Assembly (NCBI GenBank): GCA_965242615.1
Contig: CBDESR010000002.1
Span: 4,035-68,034 of the forward strand
Direction: 5' to 3'
DNA from: Dehalococcoidia bacterium
GTDB taxonomy: Bacteria > Chloroflexota > Dehalococcoidia > Lucifugimonadales > UBA3495
DNA: 64,000 bases
The notes under the pieces were generated by a model. That model saw nothing but the letters and a program-made list of their open reading frames with translations. It ran no database searches and had not been told where the DNA came from. The position numbers were made by a program, and so were the translations under genes. Positions 7,197 through 18,469 of the stretch are shown in pieces; position 1 is the stretch's first letter; each line of letters starts with the position of its first letter.

Positions 7197-8876
7197 ATGG
7201 CTACGGCGCTGATTCGGGACACAATACAGGAACTGGTGGCGGCGGCGCTGACCCGCGCCCAGCAGGAAAAGGTTTTCCAGTTGGAAACAATGCCGGACAT
7301 CCTGATGGAACGGCCGGCTAACCCGGCTAACGGCGATTTTGCCACCAGCCTGCCGCTGCGCCTGGCCCGGGCTACCCGCATCAACCCCTTGAAACTGGCC
7401 GAAACCCTGGTGGAATACATCGCCGCCGCCCCGGAAGTGGAACGGGTAGCCGCCGCTCCGCCGGGATTCATCAATTTCTACCTTAACGACGGCTGGATTC
7501 AGCAGCAGGTCGAGACGGTGCGGCAAGCCGCCGCCGACTACGGCACGGTGGACGCCGGCCAGGGCCGCCGGGTGATGGTCGAGTTCGTCAGCGTCAATCC
7601 CACCGGCCCGGTTCATGTCGGCCATACCCGCGGTGCCGTGCTGGGCAGCGCATTGGCTAATACCTTGGCCGCCGCCGGCTATGCCGTTACCCGGGAATAC
7701 TATGTCAATGACGCCGGCACTCAGATGGATGCCTTTTATCGCTCCGTCTATGCCCGCTACCGGGAGGCTTTGGGGCAGGAGTCGGATTTTCCCGCCAATG
7801 GCTATGCCGGGGAGTATATAGCCGACTTGGCCCGGGAAATCGCCGCCGCCGAAGGCGGCCGCTTTCTGGAAATGGCGGAAGCTCAAGCCGTCAAGGAAAT
7901 CGGCGACATCAGCCGGGAAAAGATGGTTGCCCTGATCCGGGACGACCTGGCGCAGATTGGCGTAACTTTTGATAACTGGTTCAGTGAACGCTCCCTTTAC
8001 GCCAACCGGGAGTATGACGCGGCCATGGATTTGCTGCGGGCCAACCACTACCTTTCCGAAAGGGAAAACGCCTTGTGGTTCAACTCTACCTTGTTGGGGG
8101 ATGACAAGGACAATGTAGTGGTGCGCTCCAGCGGCGAACCTACCTACTTTGCCGCCGACATTGCCTATCACTACAACAAGTTTGTCGGGCGGGGCTTTGA
8201 GCAGGTTATTGACATCTGGGGGGCGGACCACCAGGGCCATGTGCCGCGGATGAAAGCCGCCGTCGCCGCTATGGGCTTGGCTCCGGAGCATTTGACGGTG
8301 CTGATTTCCCAGATGGTTACGCTGAAACGGGGTTCGGAAGTGGTGCGGGCGTCCAAGCGCACCGGCGATTTCATCACCCTGCGGGAACTGGCGGACGAGG
8401 TGGGCGTTGATGCCTGCCGCTACTTTTTCCTGGCCCGGACGCCCGCGACCCAAATGGAGTTTGACCTGGAACTGGCGAAAAAGGAATCGTCGGAAAACCC
8501 GGTTTATTACATTCAGTACGCCCACGCCCGCAATGGCAGCATCTTGAACCTGGCGCGCGAGCGGGGTATTGACTGGAGCGGCGGCGCGGTGTCCCTGCTA
8601 ACCGACCCCAATGAACTAAACCTGATTCGGACGATGTTGCGGCTGCCGGAACTGGTGGACCAGATGGCGCGCAGTCTGGAACCGCATCATTTGCCGCATT
8701 ACGCTATGGAACTGGCTACCGCCTTTCACTGGTTCTACGAAAACTGCCGGGTCATTTCGGCTAACGCCGAGGACAATGCCCTGACTTTGGCCCGCCTGAA
8801 ACTGGTAGAGTCGGCGCAAATCGTTTTCCGGCGGGCCTTGGAGCTGATGGGGATGTCGGCCCCGGAACGGATGTAG
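7197..8876 (+). CDS. argS: arginine--tRNA ligase
   Basis: Full-length class I aaRS signature: SVNPTGPVHVGHTRGAVLG (HIGH-type) and a C-terminal anticodon-binding domain. The ATG at 7197 (MATALIRDTIQELV) is chosen over the upstream in-frame extension, which reads through the repeat array. Confidence 0.9.
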   Translation: MATALIRDTIQELVAAALTRAQQEKVFQLETMPDILMERPANPANGDFATSLPLRLARATRINPLKLAETLVEYIAAAPEVERVAAAPPGFINFYLNDGWIQQQVETVRQAAADYGTVDAGQGRRVMVEFVSVNPTGPVHVGHTRGAVLGSALANTLAAAGYAVTREYYVNDAGTQMDAFYRSVYARYREALGQESDFPANGYAGEYIADLAREIAAAEGGRFLEMAEAQAVKEIGDISREKMVALIRDDLAQIGVTFDNWFSERSLYANREYDAAMDLLRANHYLSERENALWFNSTLLGDDKDNVVVRSSGEPTYFAADIAYHYNKFVGRGFEQVIDIWGADHQGHVPRMKAAVAAMGLAPEHLTVLISQMVTLKRGSEVVRASKRTGDFITLRELADEVGVDACRYFFLARTPATQMEFDLELAKKESSENPVYYIQYAHARNGSILNLARERGIDWSGGAVSLLTDPNELNLIRTMLRLPELVDQMARSLEPHHLPHYAMELATAFHWFYENCRVISANAEDNALTLARLKLVESAQIVFRRALELMGMSAPERM

Positions 8877-8965
8877 AGCAAGCGCCTCCCGAATTCCCCC
8901 CGGCGTTCGGAATACCAGCGGCGGTTGACTGCCGAATTGTAATTTACTTCAGACTGCTCCGCGCT

Positions 8966-9003
8966 AAAGGGGCGGCGGTTCACAACCCGCCGCCCCTTTT
9001 TGT
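8966..9003. terminator. bidirectional intrinsic terminator hairpin between convergent argS and the ABC exporter
   Basis: aaaggggcggcgg-ttcacaa-cccgccgcccctttttg: a GC-rich 11-13 bp stem flanked by A and T runs. Confidence 0.6.
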
Positions 9004-9038
9004 TCAGGCAGTTGGTAAGCGGCGGCGGCAGCGCCTAA

Positions 9039-10962
9039 TCAGTTATCTGCCGGGGCTGGCGACAGGTTGGGAACGCTGACGGGTTCCGCGCCGTTGTTGG
9101 CTTCGTGAGCCAAGCCGTAGTTGATGGCGTAGAGCCGGGCATAAACGCCGTTGCGCCGCAGCAGTTCCTCATGGCGGCCGGTTTCCACAATGCGCCCCTG
9201 GTCCAGCACCACGATTTTATCGGCGCTGCGGATAGTCGAAAGCCGGTGGGCAATGACGATGGAAGTGCGCCCTTCCAGGACATGGCTCAAGGCTTCCTGA
9301 ATCAGGATTTCGGTATGGGTGTCAATGTTGGCCGTGGCTTCGTCGAGAATGATAATGCGCGGGTCGCCGACGATGGCCCGGGCAAAGCTGATTAGCTGCC
9401 GCTGCCCCACGCTCAGGTTGACGCCGCGCTCGGCCAGCACCGTATCGTAGCCATCCTCCAACGCCATAATAAAGTCGTGCGCCCCTACCGCCTTGGCGGC
9501 GGCGATTACATCCTCGTCCGTGGCGTTGTCGTAGCAGTAGCGGATATTTTCCTTGACATTGCCGGAAAAAAGGTAGGGTTCCTGCAAGACCATACTCATC
9601 TGCCCCACCAGAGAGCGGCGGGTAACGGAACGCAGGTCGTAGCCGTCAATGGTAATGCGGCCCTGGGTTACATCGGCAAAGCGATGGGCCAGCGTTACCA
9701 AAGTGCTTTTCCCGGCTCCAGTGGAACCGACCAGAGCCACATTCTCCCCGGGGCGGATGTGCAGGTTAATATCCTGCAACACTTCCACGCCCTCGACATA
9801 GTGGAAATGGACGCCTTCGTAGCGGATTTCCCCGCGCACCGGCGGCATTGCCACCGCATCCGGGGCATCCTTGACCTCCGGCTCCAGGTCAATCAGCTCA
9901 AAGATACGGACGCCGGCCGCCATTGACCGCTGAAAGATGCCGTACTGCATCGTCAAGTGGCGGATGGGTTCAAAGAAACGCTGAATCCAGACGGCGAATG
10001 CCACTAGTACGCCCCACTCCAGGTTGTCGCCCCGCACCAGCAGGCCGCCGACCAGTACCACGCCAAAGCCCATCCCGACGCCAATCAGGAACTCGACCAT
10101 CGGCTGCAAGCCGCCGGAGAAGCGGCTGGCTTGCAAGTTGGCGTCGAGGTGTTCCCGGTTCAGTTCCTCGAAGTGCCGCAGGTTTTCATCCTGCCGGTTC
10201 AGGCTTTGCACTACCCGGATGCCGGTAATGTTCTGGTTGTATTCGCCGTTGACCATCGCGATAGCCCGGCGAATCCGCATAAAGGAACGGCGGGCAAACC
10301 GCTGCCAGTAAGCCAGGATAAAGAACAGCACCGGGACAATGCTGAGGCTGACCAATGCCAACTGCCAGTCCACAATCAGCATATAGATGATGATGAACCC
10401 CAGGGTCACCACATCGGCCAATGCCAACACCAGCATCTCAAAGGTTTCCTGAAGCTGCAAAACATCGCTCTGACTGCGGGACATTATGCGGCCCACGGCG
10501 GTGCGGTGGTAAAAGGCCGGGGAAAGGTTTTGCAGATGGCTGAACATATGGGTACGCAGGGCGTACAGGATACTCTGCCCCACCCGGGCCATAAAGACGA
10601 ACTGGAGATAGTTGGCCCCGAAGTGAATCAGGGTAACGGCCAGGAAAGCCAGTCCCATCAAGTGCAGGCGCGACACATCCCCGGTATTGATGCCCTGGTT
10701 GATACCCAGCATAATCAGCCAGGGGATACTGGCGTTGGCAATGGTATAGACCAGCACCGCCGCCAGGCTTTTGGCTACATCCGCCTTGAAGGGGCCCCAT
10801 ATAGGAGATGAGGCGGACGACTACCTTGTTGTTATAAGCCGCGCCCAGCTCGTTGTCGTCGCTGAGGTTGTCGAGGTTTACCGAGCGGATGCCGCCGGAC
10901 TGCAAGCCGCGCATACCGCCCATCATTCCGCCGAAACCGCCGCCAAAGCCGCCGCCGCGCAT
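9039..10962 (-). CDS. ABC exporter permease/ATP-binding protein (MsbA/MdlB-like) with an apparent +1 frameshift at 10801-10808
   Basis: Six-TM exporter domain plus an NBD with GSTGAGKST, LSVGQRQ and IIILDEAT. The Gly-rich N-terminus (MRGGGFGGGFGG...VVVRLISYMGP) joins FKADVAKSLAAVLVYTI if one base of GGGGCCCC is removed. The start overlaps the upstream gene's stop (ATGA). Confidence 0.85.
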
Positions 10963-12807
10963 CAGTCGTTCCCCCCAACTGCGCCGGCGGCCGCTGCTGC
11001 CGGGGCCGCGCCAATGGCGGCGTCCAGCAGCACCTCCTCTTGCGGCCGCAGTTGCAGCTCGTAAATGTCCCGGTAAATGCCGCGTTGGGCAATCAGTTCG
11101 TTATGATTGCCCCGCTCCGCAATTTCCCCGTTTTTCAGCACCAGTATCTGGTCCGCCTCCCGCACGGTGCTGAGCCGGTGGGCAATAACAAAGGTAGTGC
11201 GCCCCTGCATCACATTGACCATTGCCTGGTGAATCTGCCGCTCCGTTTCCACATCCACGCTGGAAGTGGAGTCGTCGAGAATCAGGATGGGCGGGTTGAC
11301 CAGCACGGTGCGGGCGATGGAAAGCCGCTGCCGCTGGCCGCCGGACAAAGTGCTGCCGCGTTCCCCCACCCAAGTATCGTAGCCGGCCGGCAGGGTCATT
11401 ATCTGGTCGTGCAGTTGGGCGATTTTGGCGGCGTTGATAATGTCCGCCTCGGTAGCGTTGGACACCCCGTAGGCAATGTTGTCCCGGATCGTGGCGTCAA
11501 AGAGAAAAATATCCTGCTGGACGATGCCCACATTGCGGCGCAGGGATTCCAGGGTAAAGTCCCGAATGTCCGCGCCGTCGATAACGACCCGGCCGCCGGT
11601 AACATCATAAAAGCGGGGCAGCAGGTTGACGATAGTGCTTTTGCCGCTGCCCGGCGCGCCCAGGATGGCGGTTATCTGGCCCGGCGCGGCGGTAATGTTG
11701 ACGCCTTTCAGGGCCGGGGAGCGGGCGTCATAGGCAAAGGAAGCGTTCTCGAACTGCACTTGTCCCACGGCCCGCCCCATCACCGGCGCCCCCGGCTTTT
11801 CCTCGACCGGGGAACGGGAATCCAGCACATCAAAAATCCGCCGTCCCGACGAAATCGCCCGGGAAAAGCTGTTGATAATCTGCGCCGCGGAACGAATGGG
11901 AAAAGTCAACTGGTTCAGATACAGGACGAACTTTGCCAAATCCCCCGCCGTCAAATCCCCCCGGATAATCTCCCAACCGCCGTACCAGACAATCAAACCC
12001 AGAGCAAAGGTGAAATACAGCGTCATCCATGCGCTGTTGGTGCCTTGCAGCCGCTCCGACTGATAGTATTCCTGCCGCAGTTCCCGGGCCTTGCGGTCAT
12101 ACTTGCGCCGCTCAAAATCCTCCGACGCAAAGGCTTTGACCACATGGATGCCGACCAGGTTCTCCTGCAACACCGTTACCAGTTCGCCGTTCACTTCCTG
12201 CACGTGCAGCCACATCCGCCGCAGCCGCCCCATCACCAAAGTGGAGCGCACTACCAGAAACGGCACAAAAATCAGGCTGATTAGCGCCAGTTCCCAGTTC
12301 AGCCAAATCAGAATGCTGGTAACGGCAATGGTGCGTACCACTACTTCCAAGGAACGCACCAAGCCCATATTGACGAACCGCCGGATCGCCTCCACATCGG
12401 CGGTCGCCTTGGACATCAGGTTGCCGGTGTGTTCCTTGTCGTGGTAGGCAAAGCTCACGTGCTGGAGCTTGTCATACAGCAAGTTGCGGAAATCGTAGGA
12501 AACCAGCCTGCGACAGGGAGTCGGTAGTGTAGGTGCGGGCAAAGTCAAAGAACCCGCGCATTATGCTGGCCGCCAGCAGCGCCGCCGCCAATCCGGCCAG
12601 CAGCCCGGTAGTCAAGTCGGGATTGGGCATTATCTGGCCGCCCTCGCCCAGCACCCCCTCGATAACGACCAGAGCGTCAATGGACTCGCCAAAGAGCCAG
12701 GGAATCATCAGGGAGAAGCCGATGGCAATAAAGAAGGACAGGTAAGCCAGCACCATCCGCTTGCGGTAGCGGAAAGCCATCGTAGTTATGCGGAGCAGAA
12801 TGTCCAT
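10962..12807 (-). CDS. ABC exporter permease/ATP-binding protein, partner subunit, with an apparent frameshift near 12505-12520
   Basis: NBD motifs GAPGSGKST, LSGGQRQR and ILILDDSTS. The N-terminal TM region (MDILLRITTMAFRYRKRMVLAYL...) is in another frame and joins ...TYTTDSLSQ-LVSYDFRNLLYDKL. Confidence 0.85.
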
Positions 12808-12916
12808 CGCACCGATACGCCTGGGGCGGCTGAATGCTGAATTAAGCCCGAGGGAAAGCCGTTGCGGGCTATAATATACCGCCTTTGGCAATAATGCAAG
12901 GGATTTTTAATCACGG

Positions 12917-14444
12917 TTAATAATAATGGGATAATTGCCGGTGACGACAAATCACTCGTCCGGTAAATGCCATCACCCGGAACCCGCCGGCGTCTGCTCT
13001 TGCCGGACCGCAAAATCCTCCCTCCGGGGACTTGACCAGCCGCCGCCGGCCCACCAGGGCAAAGTAGAGCAAGCCCAACCCGAACCACAGCGCGCAGCCG
13101 TAAATGCCTACCCGGTAATCGCTGTTCAGCAGCAGAAAGACCAGCGCAATCAGGGCAATCGCCCCGGCAACTATGGCCCCGGTTATCCCCAAGGGGCTGA
13201 CATAAGGGCGTTCCATTCCCGGGAACCGCCGCCGCAGTTGGATGAACGCAATCATCTGCATTACATAAGAAATAACCGCCCCGAATACCGCCATATTTAG
13301 CAGTATCTCCGCCACCGGCACCCCGCCGCCCAGCCAGTCATTGCCGAACTCAATCAGCAGGGCAATGCCATAGCCCACGGCCGCCCCGGTCAGCAGCGCA
13401 ATATGCGGCGTTTGTCGTCCGGGCAGGGTCAAAGAAAGCCCCCGGGGGGAAGTAGCCGGCCCGGGACAGGGAGTAGATGTTGCGGCCATAGGCGTAGATA
13501 ATGGCGTGAAAGCTGGCGACCAAGCCGGCCACGGCCGCCAGGGACAAAACGATTGCCCCCAAGCCGCCGCCGAATATGGTATTGAAAGCCAGGAACAGCG
13601 GTTCATCCGACCGGCCCACGGCCGCCGCGCCCGGAGCAATGCCGGCGTTCAGCAGCAGCGTCAACCCGGCGGCGATAAGCAGCGTCAAAATCCCCCAGAG
13701 CAAGGCTTTCGGCACATCCCGCCGGGGTTGGCGCGCCTCCTCAGCCGCCAAGGGAACCTGTTCAATGGCCAGGAAAAACCAGATGGCAAAGGGCAGGGCG
13801 TAGGCTACCCCGCTCCAGCCAAAGGGCAGCCAGCGGGATTGTCCCGGCTCCGGCGCGATATTCAACGCCAAATCCCAACTGAAATGGGGAATAGCCCCAA
13901 TCCAGAACACTAACAAAATCGCCAAAGCCAGCAGGGTAATAACCACGGTAAACCGGAAAGCGGCCGCCGCTCCCAGGATGTTAATGCCTACGAAAATGAC
14001 ATAGAAAATCAGCCACCACAGCGGTGCCGGCAGGACCAGCCCCAGCAGGCTGTTGACCACCGCCCCCATATAGCCGCCAATACCGACGACAATAACCGCC
14101 GGCGTAAGGATATACTCGATGCTGGCCGCTAGTCCGGTGCTGAACCCGCCCCACGGCCCCAGAGCCGTCCGGGCAAAGGAATAGGGGCCGCCGGCGTAGG
14201 GCATTGCCGGCGCCATTTCCGCCAGGGAATAGCACAAACCCAGATACATCACAGCGACAATGGCGGCGGCGATCGCCAACCCGCCAAAACCACCCACGCT
14301 TAACCCGAAGTTCCACCCGAAAAAATCCCCGGAAATAACTGCGCCCACGCCCAAAGCCCACAAAGCCCAAAACCCGGCGCAGCGGCGCAAGCCGCGCCGG
14401 GCAAAATAATCCGCCCCGGTTTCCTGATACTGCAACGCCCGCAA
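12917..14444 (-). CDS. APC-family amino acid / ethanolamine-type permease with an apparent +1 frameshift at the G6 run 13444-13449
   Basis: Polytopic membrane protein (about 12 TM) with a TTG start. The join ...NIYSLSRAGYFP-RGLSLTLPGRQTPHIALL is restored by removing one base. Confidence 0.75.
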
Positions 14445-14500
14445 CCTCTATTTGGTATCTATCGCAGCAAGATTTGCTCCTGATGGCGGCGCAACCGCCG

Positions 14501-14899
14501 CTAATCATTGCCGGCAACGGCCGCCGCCGGCAACAAGTCCCGCACCTCAATGCCCAGCAGTTTAGACAAGGCAGCCGCCATATCCGGCGTAACTTCCTGC
14601 CGTTCCTCCAGAACCGCAGCCACCGTTTCCCGACTGCCCAGAAAGGGAATCAGGTCATCCTCGAACAGCCCCAAAGCGTCCATCCGACCCTGAATCCGGC
14701 CGGCCGGGGACGGTTCCGGGATGGGGCAATGGATGTCCTCGTAGGCAAACACCAAGTCAGCGATGGCGTTCAGTTCCTCGTATTCGGGATTGCCCGGCCC
14801 GGCGTCCAGAATATCCGGGTTGGCCTTAAATAGCTCGTCAACCCGGGCTACGGCCGCATCCAGGTCGGCGTCGTTGTTGACTGCCGTGATTTTCGCCAT
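14501..14899 (-). CDS. higA: HigA-family antitoxin (HTH)
   Basis: 132 aa. The ATG at 14899 is 1 nt after the higB stop. The C-terminal region is HTH-like (TPDMAAALSKLLGIEVRDLL), as is typical of COG5499-type HigA. Confidence 0.7.
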   Translation of the reverse strand: MAKITAVNNDADLDAAVARVDELFKANPDILDAGPGNPEYEELNAIADLVFAYEDIHCPIPEPSPAGRIQGRMDALGLFEDDLIPFLGSRETVAAVLEERQEVTPDMAAALSKLLGIEVRDLLPAAAVAGND

Positions 14900-14900
14900 C

Positions 14901-15194
14901 CTACACCTCCAAGGCGTTGATACGGTCATATTCGGCGTGGTTGCCGATGAACCGCACATAAACGCGCTTCAGCCGGTAGTCAATGCGCGTTACCAGCCGA
15001 TAATTGTTACCCTTGATGTTAAAGACAACCCGGTTGTCCCGGAGAATGCTGGCGCTGGGGTAGTCCGCTTTGACCTGTTGCGGATTGTCCCAGCTGGCCT
15101 TTTCCGCCCGGTCGTGCCAATCCTCTAAAGCCGGCCTGGAATCCGGGTGCCGTTCCCAAAACTCCCGCAAAGTCCCCTTGGTTAAGACTCTCAT
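14901..15194 (-). CDS. higB: HigB-family type II toxin (mRNA interferase)
   Basis: 97 aa. MRVLTKGTLREFWERHPDSRPALEDWH...FNIKGNNYRLVTRIDYRLKRVYVRFIGNHAEYDRI matches the HigB toxin family pattern. The toxin-first order is that of higBA. Confidence 0.8.
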   Translation of the reverse strand: MRVLTKGTLREFWERHPDSRPALEDWHDRAEKASWDNPQQVKADYPSASILRDNRVVFNIKGNNYRLVTRIDYRLKRVYVRFIGNHAEYDRINALEV

Positions 15195-15394
15195 CAGTCT
15201 CCAATTCCATTGACCGCTTTAATGCCGTCAACCGCGCTTATCATATCATATCCTGGCCGCTTTACGGCGGTTTGACCCGGCGGCAATCCGGTTGTGCCAA
15301 TACTTTCCGAAACCGCGCCAATCTTTCGGCTCCCCCGGTAAAGGCCGCAAATCTGCTATAATTCCCCCAACTTGCCGCCGGGAGAATTATCCCT

Positions 15395-16675
15395 ATGTCC
15401 CATCCCGAAACTGACACCGCCGCTTTGCCCTTGCCGCTGACCGGCATCCGCGTTCTCGACGCCACCCACATTGTCGCCGGCCCTTTCTGCTCACTGATTT
15501 TGGCGGATTTGGGGGCGGAGGTTATCAAGGTTGAGCGGCCGGGCAGCGGCGACCTGGCCCGGGGGCGCGGCCCTTACATTACCGCCGCCAACGGCAACGG
15601 CATAAATGACGCCGGGTCTGGCGGCGAAAACCCGCCCCAAGTCAGCGCCCGCTACTTGGGCGTCAACCGCAACAAGAAAAGCGTTACCCTTGACTTGAGA
15701 AATCCCCGCTGCAAGGCGGCCTTTGAGCAACTGGTCAAAGCGTCGGATGTGCTGCTGGACAATTGGGGGCCGGGAGCCTTTGAGCGGTTGGGCTTGGGCT
15801 ATGAACGGTTGCGGGAACTGAACCCCGGTCTGATTTACGCCAGCATTACCGGCTATGGCGACAGCCCCCCTTTGCAAGGCCCCTATTCCCGTTGGCCGGC
15901 CAACAACTTGGCAATCCAGGCTATGGCCGGTTGGATGGAACAGACCGGCGCCCCGGACGGCCCGCCGCAAAGCGTTGGCGACAATATCGGCGACTCCATT
16001 CCCGGCGTCTGGACAGCTTTGGGCATTGTGCTGGCTTTGGAAACCCGCCGTCAGACCGGACAAGGGCAGCGGGTCGATATGGCAATGTACGAATGTATGG
16101 CCGCCCATCTGGTCAGCAATATGAATGTCTATCAAGCTACCGGCCGCAGCATCGGCCGGGACATCGACCGAATGGCTACCGCCGGCATCCCCCTGCGGGC
16201 CGCCGATGGTTATGTGGTGATGGCCGGAGCGCGGTTGGCGGAACGCTGGCGCGCCCTGTGGCAGCTGGTCGGCCGGCCGGAACTGGCTGCCGATGACCGC
16301 TATCTGGCTCCGGCTGATGGCGACTTTATCGCCGCAACAGTCATCCCGGCTATCGAGGAATGGTCAGCCCAACGCCCCAAATGGGAAGTTGCCGGCAAAT
16401 TAACCGAACTGGGTTTCTCGATGGGGGTAGCCCAAACCATTGCCGACTTGGCCCATTGCCCCCATCTGGAGTCCCGTCAAATGTTTGTTGACACCGCCGA
16501 CACCTTGGGCGGCCAATTCCGTTCCCTGCGTACCCCCATCCGCCTGACCGGGTGCGTTGAACCTCCGGCCGCCGCGCCGCCCACCTTGGGCCAGCACAAC
16601 CGGGAAATCCTCGCTACCATCGGCGGCCTGACCGACGCGGAACTGGCTGCTTTGGAACAGGAAGGCGCGGTTTAA
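15395..16675 (+). CDS. family III CoA-transferase (CaiB/BaiF)
   Basis: N-terminal LTGIRVLDATHIVAGPFCSLILADLGAEVIKVERPGSGD is the family hallmark. Confidence 0.85.
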   Translation: MSHPETDTAALPLPLTGIRVLDATHIVAGPFCSLILADLGAEVIKVERPGSGDLARGRGPYITAANGNGINDAGSGGENPPQVSARYLGVNRNKKSVTLDLRNPRCKAAFEQLVKASDVLLDNWGPGAFERLGLGYERLRELNPGLIYASITGYGDSPPLQGPYSRWPANNLAIQAMAGWMEQTGAPDGPPQSVGDNIGDSIPGVWTALGIVLALETRRQTGQGQRVDMAMYECMAAHLVSNMNVYQATGRSIGRDIDRMATAGIPLRAADGYVVMAGARLAERWRALWQLVGRPELAADDRYLAPADGDFIAATVIPAIEEWSAQRPKWEVAGKLTELGFSMGVAQTIADLAHCPHLESRQMFVDTADTLGGQFRSLRTPIRLTGCVEPPAAAPPTLGQHNREILATIGGLTDAELAALEQEGAV

Positions 16676-16758
16676 GAGTTGGGCAAGTTTGGGGTGTCAG
16701 ACTCCGGCGGAAGTTTTTGACCGGGAAGTGTTGCGCCTGAGCTATGAATTCACATTAT

Positions 16759-16778
16759 CACTTTCGTGGGAATGACGG
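16759..16778. repeat. REP family 2 copy (cactttcgtgggaatgacgg)
   Basis: It shares the gggaatgacgg / ccgtcattccc core with 19592, 27174, 43261, 52564 and 61627. Confidence 0.7.
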
Positions 16779-16878
16779 TTGCGATAGGCTATAGCTCCGG
16801 GATACATCGGGTCTAACTTGTCGCAGCAAAGGACAACTCGCTGAAACCGTCACGGTCGGGCTTGGGTCAGGATGGGCG

Positions 16879-17469
16879 TCAGGCCGGAGCCGCTCCCGGA
16901 AAATCACTGACCAAGTCAATTCGTTCCGCTATGGGTTTCATGCTTTGGATGATGAAGCTGATGTGTTCGTCGAGGTCGACGCCTAATTCGGCGGCGCCTT
17001 TGTGAATGTCAGCGCGGTTGACCTCTTTGGCGAAGTTTTTGTCCCGGAGTTTGCGGTGGACGGAGCGGGGAGTGAGGTCGTCGAGGCTTTTGCCGGGGCG
17101 CACCAGGGCTACGGCGCGGATAAAGCCGGAGAGTTCGTCCACGGCAAAGAGGGTATGCTCCAGCAGGGACTCCCGGGGGATGCCGGTGTGTTCGCCGTGG
17201 GTCAGGAGGGCGCGGATGATGTCCTCAGGGTAGCCGTGTTCCCGCAGGATTTCCGCGCCGTAGGTGGGATGGGACTCGGGAGTGGGGCAGATTTCCCAGT
17301 CGAAATCGTGGAGCAGGCCGGCAATGCCCCAACGGTCGGCATCCGCGCCGTACTTGACGGCGTAGCCGCGCATCGCCGCCTCGACGGTGAGCAGGTGTTT
17401 CAGCAGCATATCGGTTTTAATGTGGCGGGACAGGAAGTCCAGGGTATGGTCGCGGTTCATTACATCCAT
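16879..17469 (-). CDS. HD/HDIG-domain phosphohydrolase
   Basis: H...HD motif (IAGLLHDFDWE) and a downstream HG..H region. Confidence 0.7.
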   Translation of the reverse strand: MDVMNRDHTLDFLSRHIKTDMLLKHLLTVEAAMRGYAVKYGADADRWGIAGLLHDFDWEICPTPESHPTYGAEILREHGYPEDIIRALLTHGEHTGIPRESLLEHTLFAVDELSGFIRAVALVRPGKSLDDLTPRSVHRKLRDKNFAKEVNRADIHKGAAELGVDLDEHISFIIQSMKPIAERIDLVSDFPGAAPA

Positions 17470-17499
17470 TGGGCAAGCCTCCGCTGATAGGTTGGCCGC

Positions 17500-18375
17500 T
17501 TATTCCGCCGGCAAGGATTGTTCCGTTGACTCCCTTTGCTCCGTCGGGGCCGGATTGCCGGCGGTGCCGATGATGCGCGGTTGGCAGCGTACGGCCGTGG
17601 TCAGAAAGCCGCTGTGGGCCACCATCCGATGAGCCGGGCGGACGCTGCGCTCGGTTACGTGCCAGGGGCGCAGCAAGGTTTCGATGGTTTCAATCAGTTG
17701 AAAGCGTCCATCGGCTTGCAGCTGCCCCACCAGTTGATGCACTTGCAAGATGGTCGGCAGAAAGCTGAGCAGTATCCCGCCCATCACCAAGGCATCAGCA
17801 ACGCCGGCTACCGCCTGCCACGGTTCGGGAACATCAAGGATTACCCGGTCAATCTGGCGTTCCGGGATACCCTGGTAGATGTCGCCGACGGTTACGGTCA
17901 GGTTGGCCGGATTGGGAATGACCCGGCGGATGTTGTCCATTGCCTTGGGGATGACCGCTTCGTCGATTTCGTAGGTGCTGACCCGGCCCCGGTCGCCAAC
18001 AGCCCGCAGCAGGGCGGCGGTCAAAGCACCGGAGCCAATGCCGGATTCGATGACGGTGGCCCCGGGGAAAATATCGGCAAAGGCGATGATGTTGCCTAGA
18101 TCTTTGGGGTAGATGATTTGCGGCCCGCGCGGCATTTGCCGCACATAATCGCCCAAAGTGGGACGGACCGCCAGCAGGATATGGCCGCGGTCGGTGCGAT
18201 ACCAGCCGCCGACGCTTTGGCCGAGCAGCCCGTCGTGGGCCAGCCGCCCCAAGTGGCTGTGAAAGGTCTGCCCGGCCGCCAAGGTGGTCAGGTAGCGGCG
18301 GCCTTTGCGGTCCAGCAGCAAGGCCAAATCGCCGTCGTGAAAGAAGTTGGGGTCAAGGTTGCGGTCAGCAGTCAA
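17500..18375 (-). CDS. trmI: tRNA (adenine(58)-N1)-methyltransferase TrmI/GCD14
   Basis: N-terminal beta domain (GDLALLLDRKGRRYLTTL) plus a SAM motif (VIESGIGSGALTAALLRAVG). Confidence 0.8.
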   Translation of the reverse strand: MTADRNLDPNFFHDGDLALLLDRKGRRYLTTLAAGQTFHSHLGRLAHDGLLGQSVGGWYRTDRGHILLAVRPTLGDYVRQMPRGPQIIYPKDLGNIIAFADIFPGATVIESGIGSGALTAALLRAVGDRGRVSTYEIDEAVIPKAMDNIRRVIPNPANLTVTVGDIYQGIPERQIDRVILDVPEPWQAVAGVADALVMGGILLSFLPTILQVHQLVGQLQADGRFQLIETIETLLRPWHVTERSVRPAHRMVAHSGFLTTAVRCQPRIIGTAGNPAPTEQRESTEQSLPAE

Positions 18376-18469
18376 GCCAGCCCCCGGCTAAATCCCCGGC
18401 AAGGATTGTTCTGTGTGCTATGGTAGCGGCGAGCGGGGAATTTGTCGCCCCATTTAGGCGGCTTTAGTC

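Noticed and set aside
7122-8525. A 467-aa ORF antisense to argS. Similar long antisense or overlapping ORFs include 1356..2522, 10131..10811, 11040..12284, 30839..32038, 33925..35046, 35413..36477, 36655..37788, 38969..40474, 44874..46061, 50756..51820, 57295..58647 and 61793..63250.
   Set aside because: These are typical stop-codon-poor shadow frames of high-GC DNA. Their translations are low-complexity (Arg/Pro/Gly/His rich), and each overlaps a gene with clear homology on the other strand or frame.
10438-10962. A stand-alone Gly-rich 174-aa protein.
   Set aside because: Only its first roughly 55 residues are real. They form the N-terminus of the ABC exporter (9039..10757) once the homopolymer indel at 10801-10808 is corrected.
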